Source: Candidatus Bathyarchaeia archaeon | GTDB taxonomy: Archaea > Thermoproteota > Bathyarchaeia > 40CM-2-53-6 | Direction: 5' to 3' | Assembly (NCBI GenBank): GCA_049513715.1 | Contig: JBEKVV010000003.1 | Coordinates: 256,001 to 320,000, forward strand | DNA length: 64,000 nt | In this document: in pieces, positions 30,182 to 40,283 of the stretch | Layout of the letters: the number at the start of each line of letters is the position of its first letter | Position numbering within the stretch: position 1 is the stretch's first letter | Position numbers and translations under genes: made by a program | The notes under the pieces: model-generated | Databases searched by the model: none | Told to the model about the DNA's origin: nothing | The model's input: the letters and a program-made list of their open reading frames with translations, nothing else

Positions 30182-31201
30182 TCAGTGGATTGTTCTAATT
30201 CTCAAACCGCCTTCAGAGAACCTGTACTGCAGAATTGCTCCGCCTTGCTTGGTGATCGCGTCCTCAACCTGGCGCCTCTTTCCATCTCGCACCAAAACCA
30301 TAATTGACCCCCCTCCTGCAGCACCGCAGCCTTTCGCAGCTGAACCCCCAGCTTTCAGGGCTTGTGCGATTATTCGTTTCATTTTCGCTGTTTCAATTTT
30401 GGGGGACAGTCGTCGTCTGTTATGCCACTCAAGGTTGAGCAATCGTGAAACTTCTTCCATGTCTTCGTCACGAAGTGCGTCCAGCATTTTCAGTGCGATG
30501 TTCTTGATGGACCCTAGTGCTTTGATTGCGGAGCGGTCGCGTTCAATGTAGTTTCTGAAGATGTGCCAGTTGGTCATGGAAGACGAACGAGATTCGCCAA
30601 CATAGGTTAGAACCAAGTTCTCCTCCAATTCTGATTTGAACATGTTCGATAGGCTGAGTTTCTCCACGTAGAGCCCTTGAGGTTTGAACCACAGAGCCTT
30701 GACGCCACCATATGCGGCTGCAAGGTGGTCTTGTTGGCCTGTGGGGTTCATGATCGTTTGAACCTCCGAGTTGAAGGCGAGTTCGACGAGGCCCATCAGA
30801 GAGCGCTTGCGGCCAAGGAGCTTGCTCAAAGCTCCAACCGTAGCGACGGCTAGGGCTGATGACCCACCCAGCCCAGAGCCTAGAGGGGCCTTGCAGGATG
30901 TTTCCAGGTTGAGGCCCACCTGAGGTTGAAAGTTTCTTACAACGTTCTTCAGGAGAGCCAGCGGCCCTGATTGTGTGAGGTTCTCAGAGTTTGAGTATGA
31001 CTCGGTGACGTTGAGGTCTTTGGATCTGATTACGATTCTCTTGTCTTTTCTTTTCCATGCTCGTGCGGTTGCGTTGAGGTTTATGGAAGCGTTGATGGTC
31101 AACCCGAACCCTTGAAATAAGTTCAATGGAAATATGTCCAGGGTTCCGCCGGCCAGGTCCATTCTGGTCGGGGCAACTGCCTCGACTCCCAACGAGCTCA
31201 A
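30182..31201 (-). CDS. GHMP sugar kinase (HddA-like)
   Basis: PTRMDLAGGTLD, PLGSGLGGSS, GQQD, GAAGGG. Confidence 0.85.
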   Translation of the reverse strand: MSSLGVEAVAPTRMDLAGGTLDIFPLNLFQGFGLTINASINLNATARAWKRKDKRIVIRSKDLNVTESYSNSENLTQSGPLALLKNVVRNFQPQVGLNLETSCKAPLGSGLGGSSALAVATVGALSKLLGRKRSLMGLVELAFNSEVQTIMNPTGQQDHLAAAYGGVKALWFKPQGLYVEKLSLSNMFKSELEENLVLTYVGESRSSSMTNWHIFRNYIERDRSAIKALGSIKNIALKMLDALRDEDMEEVSRLLNLEWHNRRRLSPKIETAKMKRIIAQALKAGGSAAKGCGAAGGGSIMVLVRDGKRRQVEDAITKQGGAILQYRFSEGGLRIRTIH

Positions 31202-31695
31202 CTCCTAACCTGTTCCCCCTTCTATTGCCCGAGGTTCTTACAATGTTCGATGAAATGTGGATGGAGCTTGGGTTTTGCGTTTGGCCGCGTTTGTGCCAGG
31301 GTCCGGGTGCAGGTTTATATGTGTGGGAGTGTGCTACACAACTACATAATGGAGATGTGCGAATGAGTCTGTCAAAACACCAAGTCGAGAAGCATTTGCC
31401 GCTACTAATTGCCATCTTGTACGTTGCCTCAGGCGATTACCTATCGCTAGTCAGACAGCTTAGACTGATAGTCTGAGACACGGACTCATTCAACTTTTAG
31501 ACATCTGAGTCACACAGACGAACAAGTTCATCGCACCCGAGCAAGTAAAAGCTCCAAAGGCACGTCAACTTACCTCAATTCCGCCTCAATCTCGCTAATG
31601 CGTCTGCCAGCATACGAGCTATTCAATACCCACATGTCTATTTCGATTCAACGTCATCATTAAGTCATCAACAGTGAATCAGTGTTGGAATAGTC

Positions 31696-33318
31696 TTGCG
31701 TGAAGTTGAAATCAACAACCTGACTTTCGTCTATGAAAACCGAAAAGACCCAGCTCTTGAACAGATCAACCTAACTGTGGACAGTCAAGAATTTGTGCTC
31801 CTAGCGGGCGCAAGCGGATCGGGCAAATCCACTCTCCTGAAATGCATCAACGGGTTAATTCCACACCGTTACGTAGGTGATTACTCGGGAGAAGTCAAGG
31901 TCAGAGGCCAACCTATTTCCAGCAGTCGATTCCTCGACCTCTCGCTTGTCGTCGGAACGGTATTGCAGGAATCAGACAAGCAATTCGTTTCCTCTATCGT
32001 TGAAGATGATGTGGCCTTCGGGCCTGGTAACCTAGCCTTGCCGAGACGCGAGATTGAGCAACGGGTCACACACGGCCTGCAATCGGTGGGCATCTTGCAC
32101 TTGCGTGAAAGATCTCTCTTCGCATTGTCTGGGGGTGAGAAACAGAAACTTGCCATAGCCGACATCTTGGCCATGGAGCCGAACATATTACTGTTCGACG
32201 AGCCCCTGGCAAACCTTGATTCCAATGGCGTCAGGTTAATGCAAGGACTCTTCGAAGAGCTTCAGGCCTCTGGAAAAACGATAATTGTCGCCGAACACCG
32301 AACAGAGGAGGTCCTTCGTGCAGACCCGTCTAGGATTCTAGTAATTGACCGGGGTCGCGTTGTCGCCGACAGCGACGATCCGGCCATCCTAACGAACTTC
32401 GCGGATACGCTGAAAGTCCCGGCTGAGTATTTCGTTCGCCTGCCACAGATGATCACCACGAGCATTCAGCTGCAAAGAACGAGGCCTTCGGTTGCATCTC
32501 AAGAATTGGGTGAAGAGCTCGTTCGCCTCCAAGATGTGAGCTTTGAGTACCCCGGAGGAATCAAGGCTCTCAACAATGTCTCCTTAACCATCCGAGAGGG
32601 TGAACGGATCGCGCTCCTCGGTAACAATGGGGCTGGGAAGTCTACACTCGCCATGAGCCTGGTGGGAATTCTCAAGCCGACCTCGGGCCAAATACTTGTG
32701 AGAGGAAAAGAAACAAAAACACTGTCGATATCGGAAATCGCACGGACAATCTGTTTGGTCTTCCAAAGCCCCTTCAGCATGATATTCGCAAAAACCGTTC
32801 GCGCCGAGCTGAAATTCGGGCCGGAGAACATTGGGTTAGAGCCCGATGAGATTTCCAAGATACTCCCTGAAACCGCGAGGCATTGCTCGATTATGCATCT
32901 TTTGGACAACTCACCATTTGCGTCCAGTTTCGGAGAGAAGAAGCGCATCTGCGTCGCCTCAGTGTTGACGATGCAACCCAAATGCGTCATATTGGATGAA
33001 CCAACTGCCGGGCAAGACCATAGGAGTTATACAAGCTTCATGGATTTCATTGCATCATTGAGGGACCGAATAGCATCCTATATCGTCATAACTCATGACC
33101 CTGACCTGGCAATCGAATACACAGACCGCGCAATCGTCCTTAGCAACGGCCGAATCATTGCAGACGGGCCCACTCGAACCGTCCTCGCGAATCCAGCGAT
33201 CCTCAGTCAAGGTGCTATACGAGAAACATCGTTGATCGAACTTTCACGAAAAGCAACAGATGGAAAAGCCGTCTTGACTTTGGCGGAACTCTTACAGGCA
33301 TCGCATATAAGCCGCTGA
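31696..33318 (+). CDS. ECF transporter fused double ATPase
   Basis: Two Walker A motifs (GASGSGKS, GNNGAGKS), LSGGEKQ, DEP. Confidence 0.92.
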   Translation: MREVEINNLTFVYENRKDPALEQINLTVDSQEFVLLAGASGSGKSTLLKCINGLIPHRYVGDYSGEVKVRGQPISSSRFLDLSLVVGTVLQESDKQFVSSIVEDDVAFGPGNLALPRREIEQRVTHGLQSVGILHLRERSLFALSGGEKQKLAIADILAMEPNILLFDEPLANLDSNGVRLMQGLFEELQASGKTIIVAEHRTEEVLRADPSRILVIDRGRVVADSDDPAILTNFADTLKVPAEYFVRLPQMITTSIQLQRTRPSVASQELGEELVRLQDVSFEYPGGIKALNNVSLTIREGERIALLGNNGAGKSTLAMSLVGILKPTSGQILVRGKETKTLSISEIARTICLVFQSPFSMIFAKTVRAELKFGPENIGLEPDEISKILPETARHCSIMHLLDNSPFASSFGEKKRICVASVLTMQPKCVILDEPTAGQDHRSYTSFMDFIASLRDRIASYIVITHDPDLAIEYTDRAIVLSNGRIIADGPTRTVLANPAILSQGAIRETSLIELSRKATDGKAVLTLAELLQASHISR

Positions 33319-33368
33319 AAAGAGATTAATAGTAATTAAGAAGAAGGGTCCGGTTGGCGAATTAGAAG

Positions 33369-33938
33369 TTGAGCAAGCAAGGACTCAAAGAATCTCTGTT
33401 CTCAGCGAAACAAATTGTCGCAATGGCTGTCGGCACTGCACTCTACGCTGCTCTAACGATACCGTTCAATGCAATTACGGTTCCAGGGGTCTGGCTGGTA
33501 TCTGTGAGGCCCACTGTGGCCATACCGATGCTCTTCGGCTTCGTTTTTGGGCCAATCACGGGGTTCGTCGCAGGTTTACTGGGTAACATTTTGTCGGACG
33601 CGATTTCTTTCGGCGGATTCTTCTGGAACTGGGACATTGGCAACGGCCTCATGGGTGCCGTACCAGGGATAGCCTACTTCATCATCAAACGAACCGACTG
33701 GGGCAAAGTCAAAGGGCTCACAGCTGCCGCCGTTCTGGCTGCTATCGGAGCCGTCGTCGGAATGGGTTTTGCTTCAATGACGGACTACATATTCCAAATA
33801 GGCCTCAACACTATGGAGGCTGCATACGCTGAATTCGTGGCGGCGGGCGTAACAAACCTGGTGAACGGAATAATCCTGACACCGATATTGCTCTACGCAT
33901 ACGCCAGCGCAACGGCAGGGCGCGCAAGAAGAGTTTGA
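33369..33938 (+). CDS. ECF S component (DUF1393/MtsT-like)
   Basis: Multi-TM, FGPITGFVAGLLGNILSD. Confidence 0.85.
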   Translation: MSKQGLKESLFSAKQIVAMAVGTALYAALTIPFNAITVPGVWLVSVRPTVAIPMLFGFVFGPITGFVAGLLGNILSDAISFGGFFWNWDIGNGLMGAVPGIAYFIIKRTDWGKVKGLTAAAVLAAIGAVVGMGFASMTDYIFQIGLNTMEAAYAEFVAAGVTNLVNGIILTPILLYAYASATAGRARRV

Positions 33939-33950
33939 CAGCAACCTGAA

Positions 33951-34760
33951 ATGATTCAGATCAAGTACTTTCCGGGAAACACTCTACTGCACCGATTGGA
34001 CCCGAGAACCAAATTCCTACTTCTGATTCTTTTCGTTTTCACGGAAGTTGCTTTCCTAGACATCAGAATCCTAGTCTTTCCCGTCACAGCTTCCATCCTG
34101 CTCTACCTATCAGCGAGGATACCATTCAAAGAAACCAAGTCCACATGGAAATTCCTATTCACCGTCATCGTCTTCATTTCCACAATTAACGCCCTCGTAA
34201 CTTTCACCCGCCCAACTGTCCCTCACCCCCACGTGATCGCGAGCTTTTGGCTGTTCACCCTCAGCCTAGAGGGAGTCGTGTTTGCATTGGCATCGTTGAT
34301 GCGCCTACTATCCTTGGCGATCGTTTCGATTTGTGTTATTATGACAACCGACCCGACGCTCTACGCCCCGGCACTTGCCAAGATTGGCGTCCCATACAAG
34401 GGGGCTTTCGTGGTCGAACTTGCATTGCGCTACCTACCAGTATACGTGGAGGAGTTTGAGACTACTATGAATGCGCAGATGGCTCGCGGGTTTAAAGTCA
34501 AAACTAGGGGAGGAATATTCGCCCGGATCCTCAAGACGGTACCACTTCTTGTTCCCGTTGCCATCAACGCAATGCTATCCATATACGACATAGCAGACGC
34601 AATGGAACTTCGCGCTTTCGGGTCCAAGGAGAATCGGACTTGGTACAGAACGGTGCACTTCAAACCCCTAGACTATGCCGCCACCTTCTCCCTCACCTCG
34701 ATACTCGCGTTGGCAATCTTTTTGAGGACGCAATTCACAACGTTCTGGATTCCAACCTAG
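33951..34760 (+). CDS. ECF T component
   Basis: LHRLDPRTK, AQMARG, AMELRAF. Confidence 0.92.
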   Translation: MIQIKYFPGNTLLHRLDPRTKFLLLILFVFTEVAFLDIRILVFPVTASILLYLSARIPFKETKSTWKFLFTVIVFISTINALVTFTRPTVPHPHVIASFWLFTLSLEGVVFALASLMRLLSLAIVSICVIMTTDPTLYAPALAKIGVPYKGAFVVELALRYLPVYVEEFETTMNAQMARGFKVKTRGGIFARILKTVPLLVPVAINAMLSIYDIADAMELRAFGSKENRTWYRTVHFKPLDYAATFSLTSILALAIFLRTQFTTFWIPT

Positions 34761-34778
34761 AAGAGCCCTTAGAGGTCG

Positions 34779-34889
34779 ATGTTGGTGTATCCGAATGCAA
34801 AATGCCCGAAATGTCAGGTGTGTGGAGGATGCCTCCAACGGTCGTATGGTCGATGGTTCTGCGCGTTTTGTAGAAGGTACAGCAATTAG
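34779..34889 (+). CDS. Zinc-finger micro-protein (36 aa)
   Basis: MLVYPNAKCPKCQVCGGCLQRSYGRWFCAFCRRYSN; GAGGT just upstream. Confidence 0.55.
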   Translation: MLVYPNAKCPKCQVCGGCLQRSYGRWFCAFCRRYSN

Positions 34890-34969
34890 TGATTACGGTA
34901 CGGTTTGCATGTTTGAAATCGTTAGTTTACGGTTATTGATGGGTAGTCAAATTCCTGCAGGCTCTTGTC

Positions 34970-35341
34970 TTAGAAGAGCTCGATCCATATTCCATTTGGG
35001 TCTTCCACATAGGCCCAGCGGCTTCCGTTGGATTTCATTTCCGAAATGACCCGATAACCTGCTGCCCGGGCTTCCTCCAAAGCCTTGTCCAAGTTCTCCA
35101 CGTTGAAGGCCAAATGGTCCAACCCCTCTCCGACCACGTACTCCTTGTAGTATGGGCTCTCCTTTTCGTAGTAGTTCAATTCAAGCGTGAAGCCCTCGCT
35201 TTCCAGCCCGACGGTTTCACCTTTGGTTTGCTCTACCTTGCTCCTACCCTTCACTTGCATACCAAGTAGCTTCGAATAGAAATCCGAGGATTTCTGCAGA
35301 TCCTTGACCCTGATTCCAACGTACAAGAATTTTGATTTCAA
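34970..35341 (-). CDS. VOC/glyoxalase family protein
   Basis: GIRVKDL..S.DFY, LELNY, DHLAF, DPNGIWIEL. Confidence 0.9.
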   Translation of the reverse strand: MKSKFLYVGIRVKDLQKSSDFYSKLLGMQVKGRSKVEQTKGETVGLESEGFTLELNYYEKESPYYKEYVVGEGLDHLAFNVENLDKALEEARAAGYRVISEMKSNGSRWAYVEDPNGIWIELF

Positions 35342-35494
35342 GGTAATCGGGCACAAAACTTGTGAACGCGTACACTTATGATTTGCTCGAATTCAAGTCA
35401 CAGCAAGAGCGGAAAAAACGCTCATTTTGCTATCAGACTCCGTAAATGTGTGCTCAATAGAGACCTCTATTAGCTGCGGCGACTATAATAGCCC

Positions 35495-35866
35495 ATGTCA
35501 ATTCGCGTTTTTCAATGCATTTGCCAAAAATGTGGCGCCAAATTCGAATTCACAGGATCATATGATAAGTTCAGTGAGTTCATGGACTCGGAGAATTTCA
35601 AATGCTCAGGCGGCCATGCAGAAAATCGTTCGCCGCGGGGTTTTCTTAAGATCATCAAGATGAGTGAGACTCAACCGGTCTTGGAGTGGAAACCGACTAC
35701 GGGCAGAAATTACGTGGATGTCCTCGACCCTCAAACGGCTCTCATCAAAGGCATGCAAATAGACCACCTTGGATCAGGGCTGTACATTGACCGGCGTTCA
35801 CGCAAGAAGTACGATTACGAGGAAGACACGAAAGGTTATCGACACTACTACGAAGTGCCCGCATAA
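35495..35866 (+). CDS. Hypothetical protein, putative Zn-binding
   Basis: CICQKC...CSGGH; TATAATA upstream. Confidence 0.7.
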   Translation: MSIRVFQCICQKCGAKFEFTGSYDKFSEFMDSENFKCSGGHAENRSPRGFLKIIKMSETQPVLEWKPTTGRNYVDVLDPQTALIKGMQIDHLGSGLYIDRRSRKKYDYEEDTKGYRHYYEVPA

Positions 35867-35892
35867 CCCGCCGAAAAACACAACCCCTGTCC

Positions 35893-37011
35893 CTAAGCCT
35901 CAGTCACGAGGCTGCGACGGTTAGCGAGCCTCTCGGAGACCTTCCGCAAGAGTTCAGGAACATTCGCCCCTGTTTTAGCGCTTACCTCCAGGATTTCTTC
36001 AGCTCCGAAGATTCTGCCGATTACACTACGTACCTCATCCAAACGTTCGCGGGTTACAATGTCAACCTTGTTGAGGCAGATTAGAACCGGAACTCCACTG
36101 ACCTCGCTTTGCATCACTTTATGCGAGGCTGAAACTTTCCTATAGACGGTTTCGATTTCGTCGCTACCGTCCACGAATAGCAGGATCAGGTCCGAGTTTG
36201 CGAGTTCATTCAACGTTGTGTGGAAGGCTTTCAGAAGTATAGGGTTGAGGTCTTCGATGAAACCAATCGAGTCTATCATAATGAACGACGCACTAGGTTC
36301 ACTGCTCAATGTTCCGGGCACCTTTCGCGCGAATGTCGAGAGTGTTGTAAATGGTCCTAGCCCTATCTCCTTCGACTCTGATGCGAGCCTGTTGAACAAC
36401 GTAGTTTTGCCGCTCTGAGTGTAGCCTGTCAGGGCTACGATACGGAAACCTGATTTACTCCGGCGCTCTCGCAGCCGCCCTTGTTTGGACCTTATGGCGC
36501 GTAGTTGGCCTTCGATTTTGCTGATTTGCTTTCGCGACATGGATTCATAGGCCTCATACGGATAACGGCCTGGGCCACCCCTCCCCATCTGCTCGCTTAC
36601 GATACCGCGCATTCGAACTGATTCCCTGCTCCAAGAGAACGTGTAACGCAACCTGGCTAATGCGATTTGGAGTTTAGCCTCAGTTGTCGCGCTCCGCTTT
36701 TCGAAGATTTCTAAGATGAGTAGGTTTCTGTCGAGAACTTGAACATCGCCGCCCAATTTCTTCATTATTCTGAATACTTGGCCTGCTGAGAGTTGCCTAG
36801 TGAAAATCACTGCGTCGATTGATTTTTCACTAACGGTCTTGGCGATTTCGCTAATCTTCCCTTCCCCGACGCAGTAGGATGAGTCAATGGACTCGCGATG
36901 TTGTGTGACTTGGCCGATTACCTCGTAGCCGGCGGTCTTGGCGATGTCGTTCGTCTCATCGATTCGGGGCTTGGTTCGCGGTGTAAGGCACTCTACTAGG
37001 AGCGCTTTCAA
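35893..37011 (-). CDS. hflX: GTPase HflX
   Basis: LILEIFEKR, EAKLQIALA, GYTQSGKTT, DSIGF, NKVD. Confidence 0.92.
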   Translation of the reverse strand: MKALLVECLTPRTKPRIDETNDIAKTAGYEVIGQVTQHRESIDSSYCVGEGKISEIAKTVSEKSIDAVIFTRQLSAGQVFRIMKKLGGDVQVLDRNLLILEIFEKRSATTEAKLQIALARLRYTFSWSRESVRMRGIVSEQMGRGGPGRYPYEAYESMSRKQISKIEGQLRAIRSKQGRLRERRSKSGFRIVALTGYTQSGKTTLFNRLASESKEIGLGPFTTLSTFARKVPGTLSSEPSASFIMIDSIGFIEDLNPILLKAFHTTLNELANSDLILLFVDGSDEIETVYRKVSASHKVMQSEVSGVPVLICLNKVDIVTRERLDEVRSVIGRIFGAEEILEVSAKTGANVPELLRKVSERLANRRSLVTEA

Positions 37012-37085
37012 CTTGTGTGCACCTGTAGAATATGAGAAAGGATTACTGACGCCTCACCAAAATGGAGACTGATTCATCCATATTG

Positions 37086-37220
37086 TCAGTCTACTCTGAA
37101 ACTCATTCTCTCGGCAGTGGCCAGCCTGGTACACCTTAGGCATATGTCAGGCGAAGGAGAAAGGAGGTCAAACGCTACAATTGGGGCGCCACATTGCTTG
37201 CATTGTTTCGTGCTGGACAC
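37086..37220 (-). CDS. Zinc-finger micro-protein (44 aa)
   Basis: CKQCG...CLRC after GTG start. Confidence 0.55.
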   Translation of the reverse strand: MSSTKQCKQCGAPIVAFDLLSPSPDICLRCTRLATAERMSFRVD

Positions 37221-37344
37221 TAATCGATCATTCACGAACGCCTTGTGCTTGCCGACTAATATGTGAGAGAGAAGATTTGCCCTGCCGTGCGACTTAAATG
37301 GCGCAAATTGCTCCGTTTTCCTTGAGAAATGGTCCGGCAGCATT

Positions 37345-37599
37345 ATGACCACGCACGCCATTATTGGACCTATGAATTCGAGTGCGTTGGACCCCCTTGG
37401 ATTTCTCAAGGGCTACTTGGAAACAAGATTCAAGTCGACTTTGGATTACTTCGCAATTGAAGGTCGTATGTCCCCCGATACGGAAGGCGATTTCGGTGTC
37501 ACAGGAACTTACCGGAAGAGAGCGGGCGACAAGAATGTGTTCTTCACTGCCACTGTGAACGTCGCCTCACACAAAGTTCAGAACTTACAGGAATATTGA
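37345..37599 (+). CDS. Small hypothetical protein (start may be 37372)
   Basis: Shares PD..G...V.GTY...FTATV with next ORF. Confidence 0.7.
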   Translation: MTTHAIIGPMNSSALDPLGFLKGYLETRFKSTLDYFAIEGRMSPDTEGDFGVTGTYRKRAGDKNVFFTATVNVASHKVQNLQEY

Positions 37600-37638
37600 A
37601 AAGAGGCGATATTTGAAATTCGGTAGAGCAGATTCGAA

Positions 37639-37911
37639 TTGCGGATAGCCAGCCCCGAAGATGCAAGGAGCGTTGTCAGAAAGTACATTGTCGGCACGCG
37701 GTCGCGGCATGGAAAAATAACCTCCATCCTAGTGGATGAGGAAACAAAAGGCCCAGACGAAAAGGGCAATTGGTCGGTAAAGGGAACTTATTCGACAGAA
37801 GAGGGCGGCAAAGAACCTTTCACCGCTACAGTCACTCCCCGTGGCGAAGTCATGATTACCACGCAACCCCATGATGCCAGCGGAAAAAGACCGTCAAAGC
37901 CCGGCAGATAA
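37639..37911 (+). CDS. Small hypothetical protein, paralog of upstream ORF
   Basis: GPDEKGNWSVKGTY...FTATV. Confidence 0.75.
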   Translation: MRIASPEDARSVVRKYIVGTRSRHGKITSILVDEETKGPDEKGNWSVKGTYSTEEGGKEPFTATVTPRGEVMITTQPHDASGKRPSKPGR

Positions 37912-38019
37912 TCATAGGCACATCTCTTAAGAAGGACCAGAAAGCAAGTTACTTTGCCAGACTAATTCTGACTTCGGTGCCGATTTCCCTATTGAGAGAG
38001 GGGATGCTAGAGTAGAGGA

Positions 38020-38202
38020 ATGGTTGAATTGCACAAGATGAGATCTAAACCCAAGCCAAGGCCCCCTACATATTGGACCCAGGGCACGGCCATGTGGTAC
38101 CGCCGCTATGACCGAACGGGCAGACAGGAAAGATGGCCGGTTGAAACGCACAAAAGCGTCTTCCGACAGTCTATTCTCCACAAACGTTTGAACGCCGGCT
38201 GA
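38020..38202 (+). CDS. Possible small basic protein
   Basis: GAGGA-preceded ATG, fills intergenic gap; no motif. Confidence 0.35.
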   Translation: MVELHKMRSKPKPRPPTYWTQGTAMWYRRYDRTGRQERWPVETHKSVFRQSILHKRLNAG

Positions 38203-38320
38203 AGCCATCGACAACACACTCAGCAACGACCATCAGCTTTATCCCAGATGCCCGAGGATGTACGCGAACCCTGAGCCCCGCATGAAATCTCGCGGGAAAC
38301 ATCCGCCATCGTGAAAGTCA

Positions 38321-39250
38321 TTGCCAAAACTCACCAAGTTTCGAGGGAATCCCATCATTGCGCCTGAACAGGGCCAAAGTTGGGAAGTAGGTGGCACATT
38401 CAACCCTGCTGCAGTCAGATTAGATGGTGAGATTCATTTGCTCTACCGGGCCGTCGACGCCAACCAAATCTCACGACTGGGTTACGCGCGCACATCGAAC
38501 GGAACAGAGATATCCTTCCGCTCTTCGACCCCCGTCCTTGAACCTTCCGCTGAGTGGGAAGAGTTCGGCTGCGAAGACCCTCGCATAACGCCGCTCGACG
38601 GAACTTTCTATGTTACCTACACAGCATATTCGCGTCGAGGGCCACGTATCGCACTTGCTCAAACGCAAGATTTCGTACATTTTCAAAGGCACGGGTTAGT
38701 CGGGCCCGACCTCAACGACAAGGACTGCGTCATATTTCCAGAAAGGGTCAACGGGAAGGTTGCGATATTGCACCGAGTCCAGTCAGAAGTTCAGATAGCC
38801 TATTTCGAGAGTTTTGAAGCGCTTAAGGGGTCGCGAGAATTCTGGGACGGCTATCTTAAGCACTATCGGGATTATGAGGTTATCAAACCCTTATTCAGTT
38901 GGGAAAGGAGGAAGGTTGGCTCGGGCCCACCACCGATCAAAACCGACCGAGGGTGGCTTTTGATCTACCATGGCGTCAGCATTGACCGCGCCTACCGTGC
39001 TGGAGCCATTCTCCTCGATTTAGATGAACCCTCAAGAGTGTTGGCGCGTACTAGGCAGCCAATTCTCGAACCTGAGATGGAGTTTGAGAAACATGGCACT
39101 GTTCCAAACGTGATTTTCCCGGACGGCGCAGTTGTCCTAAGGGGCGAATTGTTGGCATACTACGGTGGGGCTGATAGGGTGTGTTGTGTGGCGAGTGCCC
39201 CCCTAGACGAATTTCTAGATGAACTGGAAGAGCAATCATTGCCTACCTGA
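38321..39250 (+). CDS. GH130-family glycoside phosphorylase/hydrolase
   Basis: FNPAA, LLYRA, GCEDPRI, KDCVIFP, GWLLIYHG, YYGGAD. Confidence 0.9.
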   Translation: MPKLTKFRGNPIIAPEQGQSWEVGGTFNPAAVRLDGEIHLLYRAVDANQISRLGYARTSNGTEISFRSSTPVLEPSAEWEEFGCEDPRITPLDGTFYVTYTAYSRRGPRIALAQTQDFVHFQRHGLVGPDLNDKDCVIFPERVNGKVAILHRVQSEVQIAYFESFEALKGSREFWDGYLKHYRDYEVIKPLFSWERRKVGSGPPPIKTDRGWLLIYHGVSIDRAYRAGAILLDLDEPSRVLARTRQPILEPEMEFEKHGTVPNVIFPDGAVVLRGELLAYYGGADRVCCVASAPLDEFLDELEEQSLPT

Positions 39251-40283
39251 GAGTCTTCGGCGACTGCGTTAGATTCTCAATGAATGCTGTTGCGGCCAAG
39301 AGGAAAGCGACGGTGGATTCCGCGCCTTGGTTCTCGTTCAAGCCATCCGGCGTTATTCCATCGCAACAGGCGCCACTCGTGGCATCATAGACGTTCACGG
39401 ATTTTGTATTCAAGCCAAAGAACCATCCTAAGGCTTGGCGTAATATCTTCTCATTTACACTGGACTGATTGATTCTGCACGCTAGCGCTGAAGTCTCGAC
39501 CATTGCCCCAGCATCAATTGGTTGTTGATCGTATAGGGCTCTTTCTCCGCCTTTGACGTACCAGCCGCTGCTTCCGATAGGAACGTGGATATCGTCTATG
39601 GTCGTGACCTTCTGCAGGAATTCTAATGATTTTTGGGCAGCATCAAGGTGTTTCCTTTCGCCAAGCGATTGGTATGCCGCAAACAGTGCTTGGCTTAGAC
39701 GCGGGTTGTCATAGGATAAGATGTCTTCGAACCAATCCCAGCCTGGAGTGCGAGTGCCATTGTACAGTTCGAACAGGTTGTCTGCTAGCTCCTTGAGGTT
39801 GGCCGTGAGATTTCTGTCCTCGGTATCGGTGTGGAGCCTCTCTGCGATGCCGAGGCAAGCGTAGGCCTTTGTCCGTGGTGTTGATGTGGCCTCTCTTGCC
39901 CAGGGCAATGCTCGGTCGAAAATCAGGCGGGCGATGGCTTTCATTCCTCTCGGCAGATTTGAGTTAATCATCGTCCCGGCTGCCCAGATCGCACGTCCCA
40001 AATGATCTCCGGCTGTAGGTTCGTCGATAATTCTTTGCGAGAAATCCATGAGGTTATGGAACGTGCCGTTTTGCGCCTGCATGAGGAGAAGAAAGGCGAT
40101 CATCTTCCGTTGGAACTCAGCAAGTCTATCATTGGGCCACAGCGCCTGTGCCTTTACAGCAAATACCAAAGCCCGTGCGTTGTCGTCAACTGCGTATCCT
40201 TCTCTTCGGGCCGGCACAGAGAATTTTGCGTGCTGCAGCAGCGCATTATTGTCTGTTAAGGCGAAGACGTGGTCGAGTTTCAC
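39243..40283 (-). CDS. (alpha/alpha)6 toroid glycosidase-like protein (usually C-terminal to GT4)
   Basis: LQHA..SVP...GY.VDDNARAL, WFE..LSYDN, DQQP, NQGAEST; probable GTG start 40283. Confidence 0.82.
   Translation of the reverse strand: MKLDHVFALTDNNALLQHAKFSVPARREGYAVDDNARALVFAVKAQALWPNDRLAEFQRKMIAFLLLMQAQNGTFHNLMDFSQRIIDEPTAGDHLGRAIWAAGTMINSNLPRGMKAIARLIFDRALPWAREATSTPRTKAYACLGIAERLHTDTEDRNLTANLKELADNLFELYNGTRTPGWDWFEDILSYDNPRLSQALFAAYQSLGERKHLDAAQKSLEFLQKVTTIDDIHVPIGSSGWYVKGGERALYDQQPIDAGAMVETSALACRINQSSVNEKILRQALGWFFGLNTKSVNVYDATSGACCDGITPDGLNENQGAESTVAFLLAATAFIENLTQSPKTLR

Noticed and set aside
31202..31695. ~500-bp gap with a short ORF (31363-31476) and possible riboswitch upstream of ECF
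   Set aside because: No recognisable riboswitch consensus or protein motif
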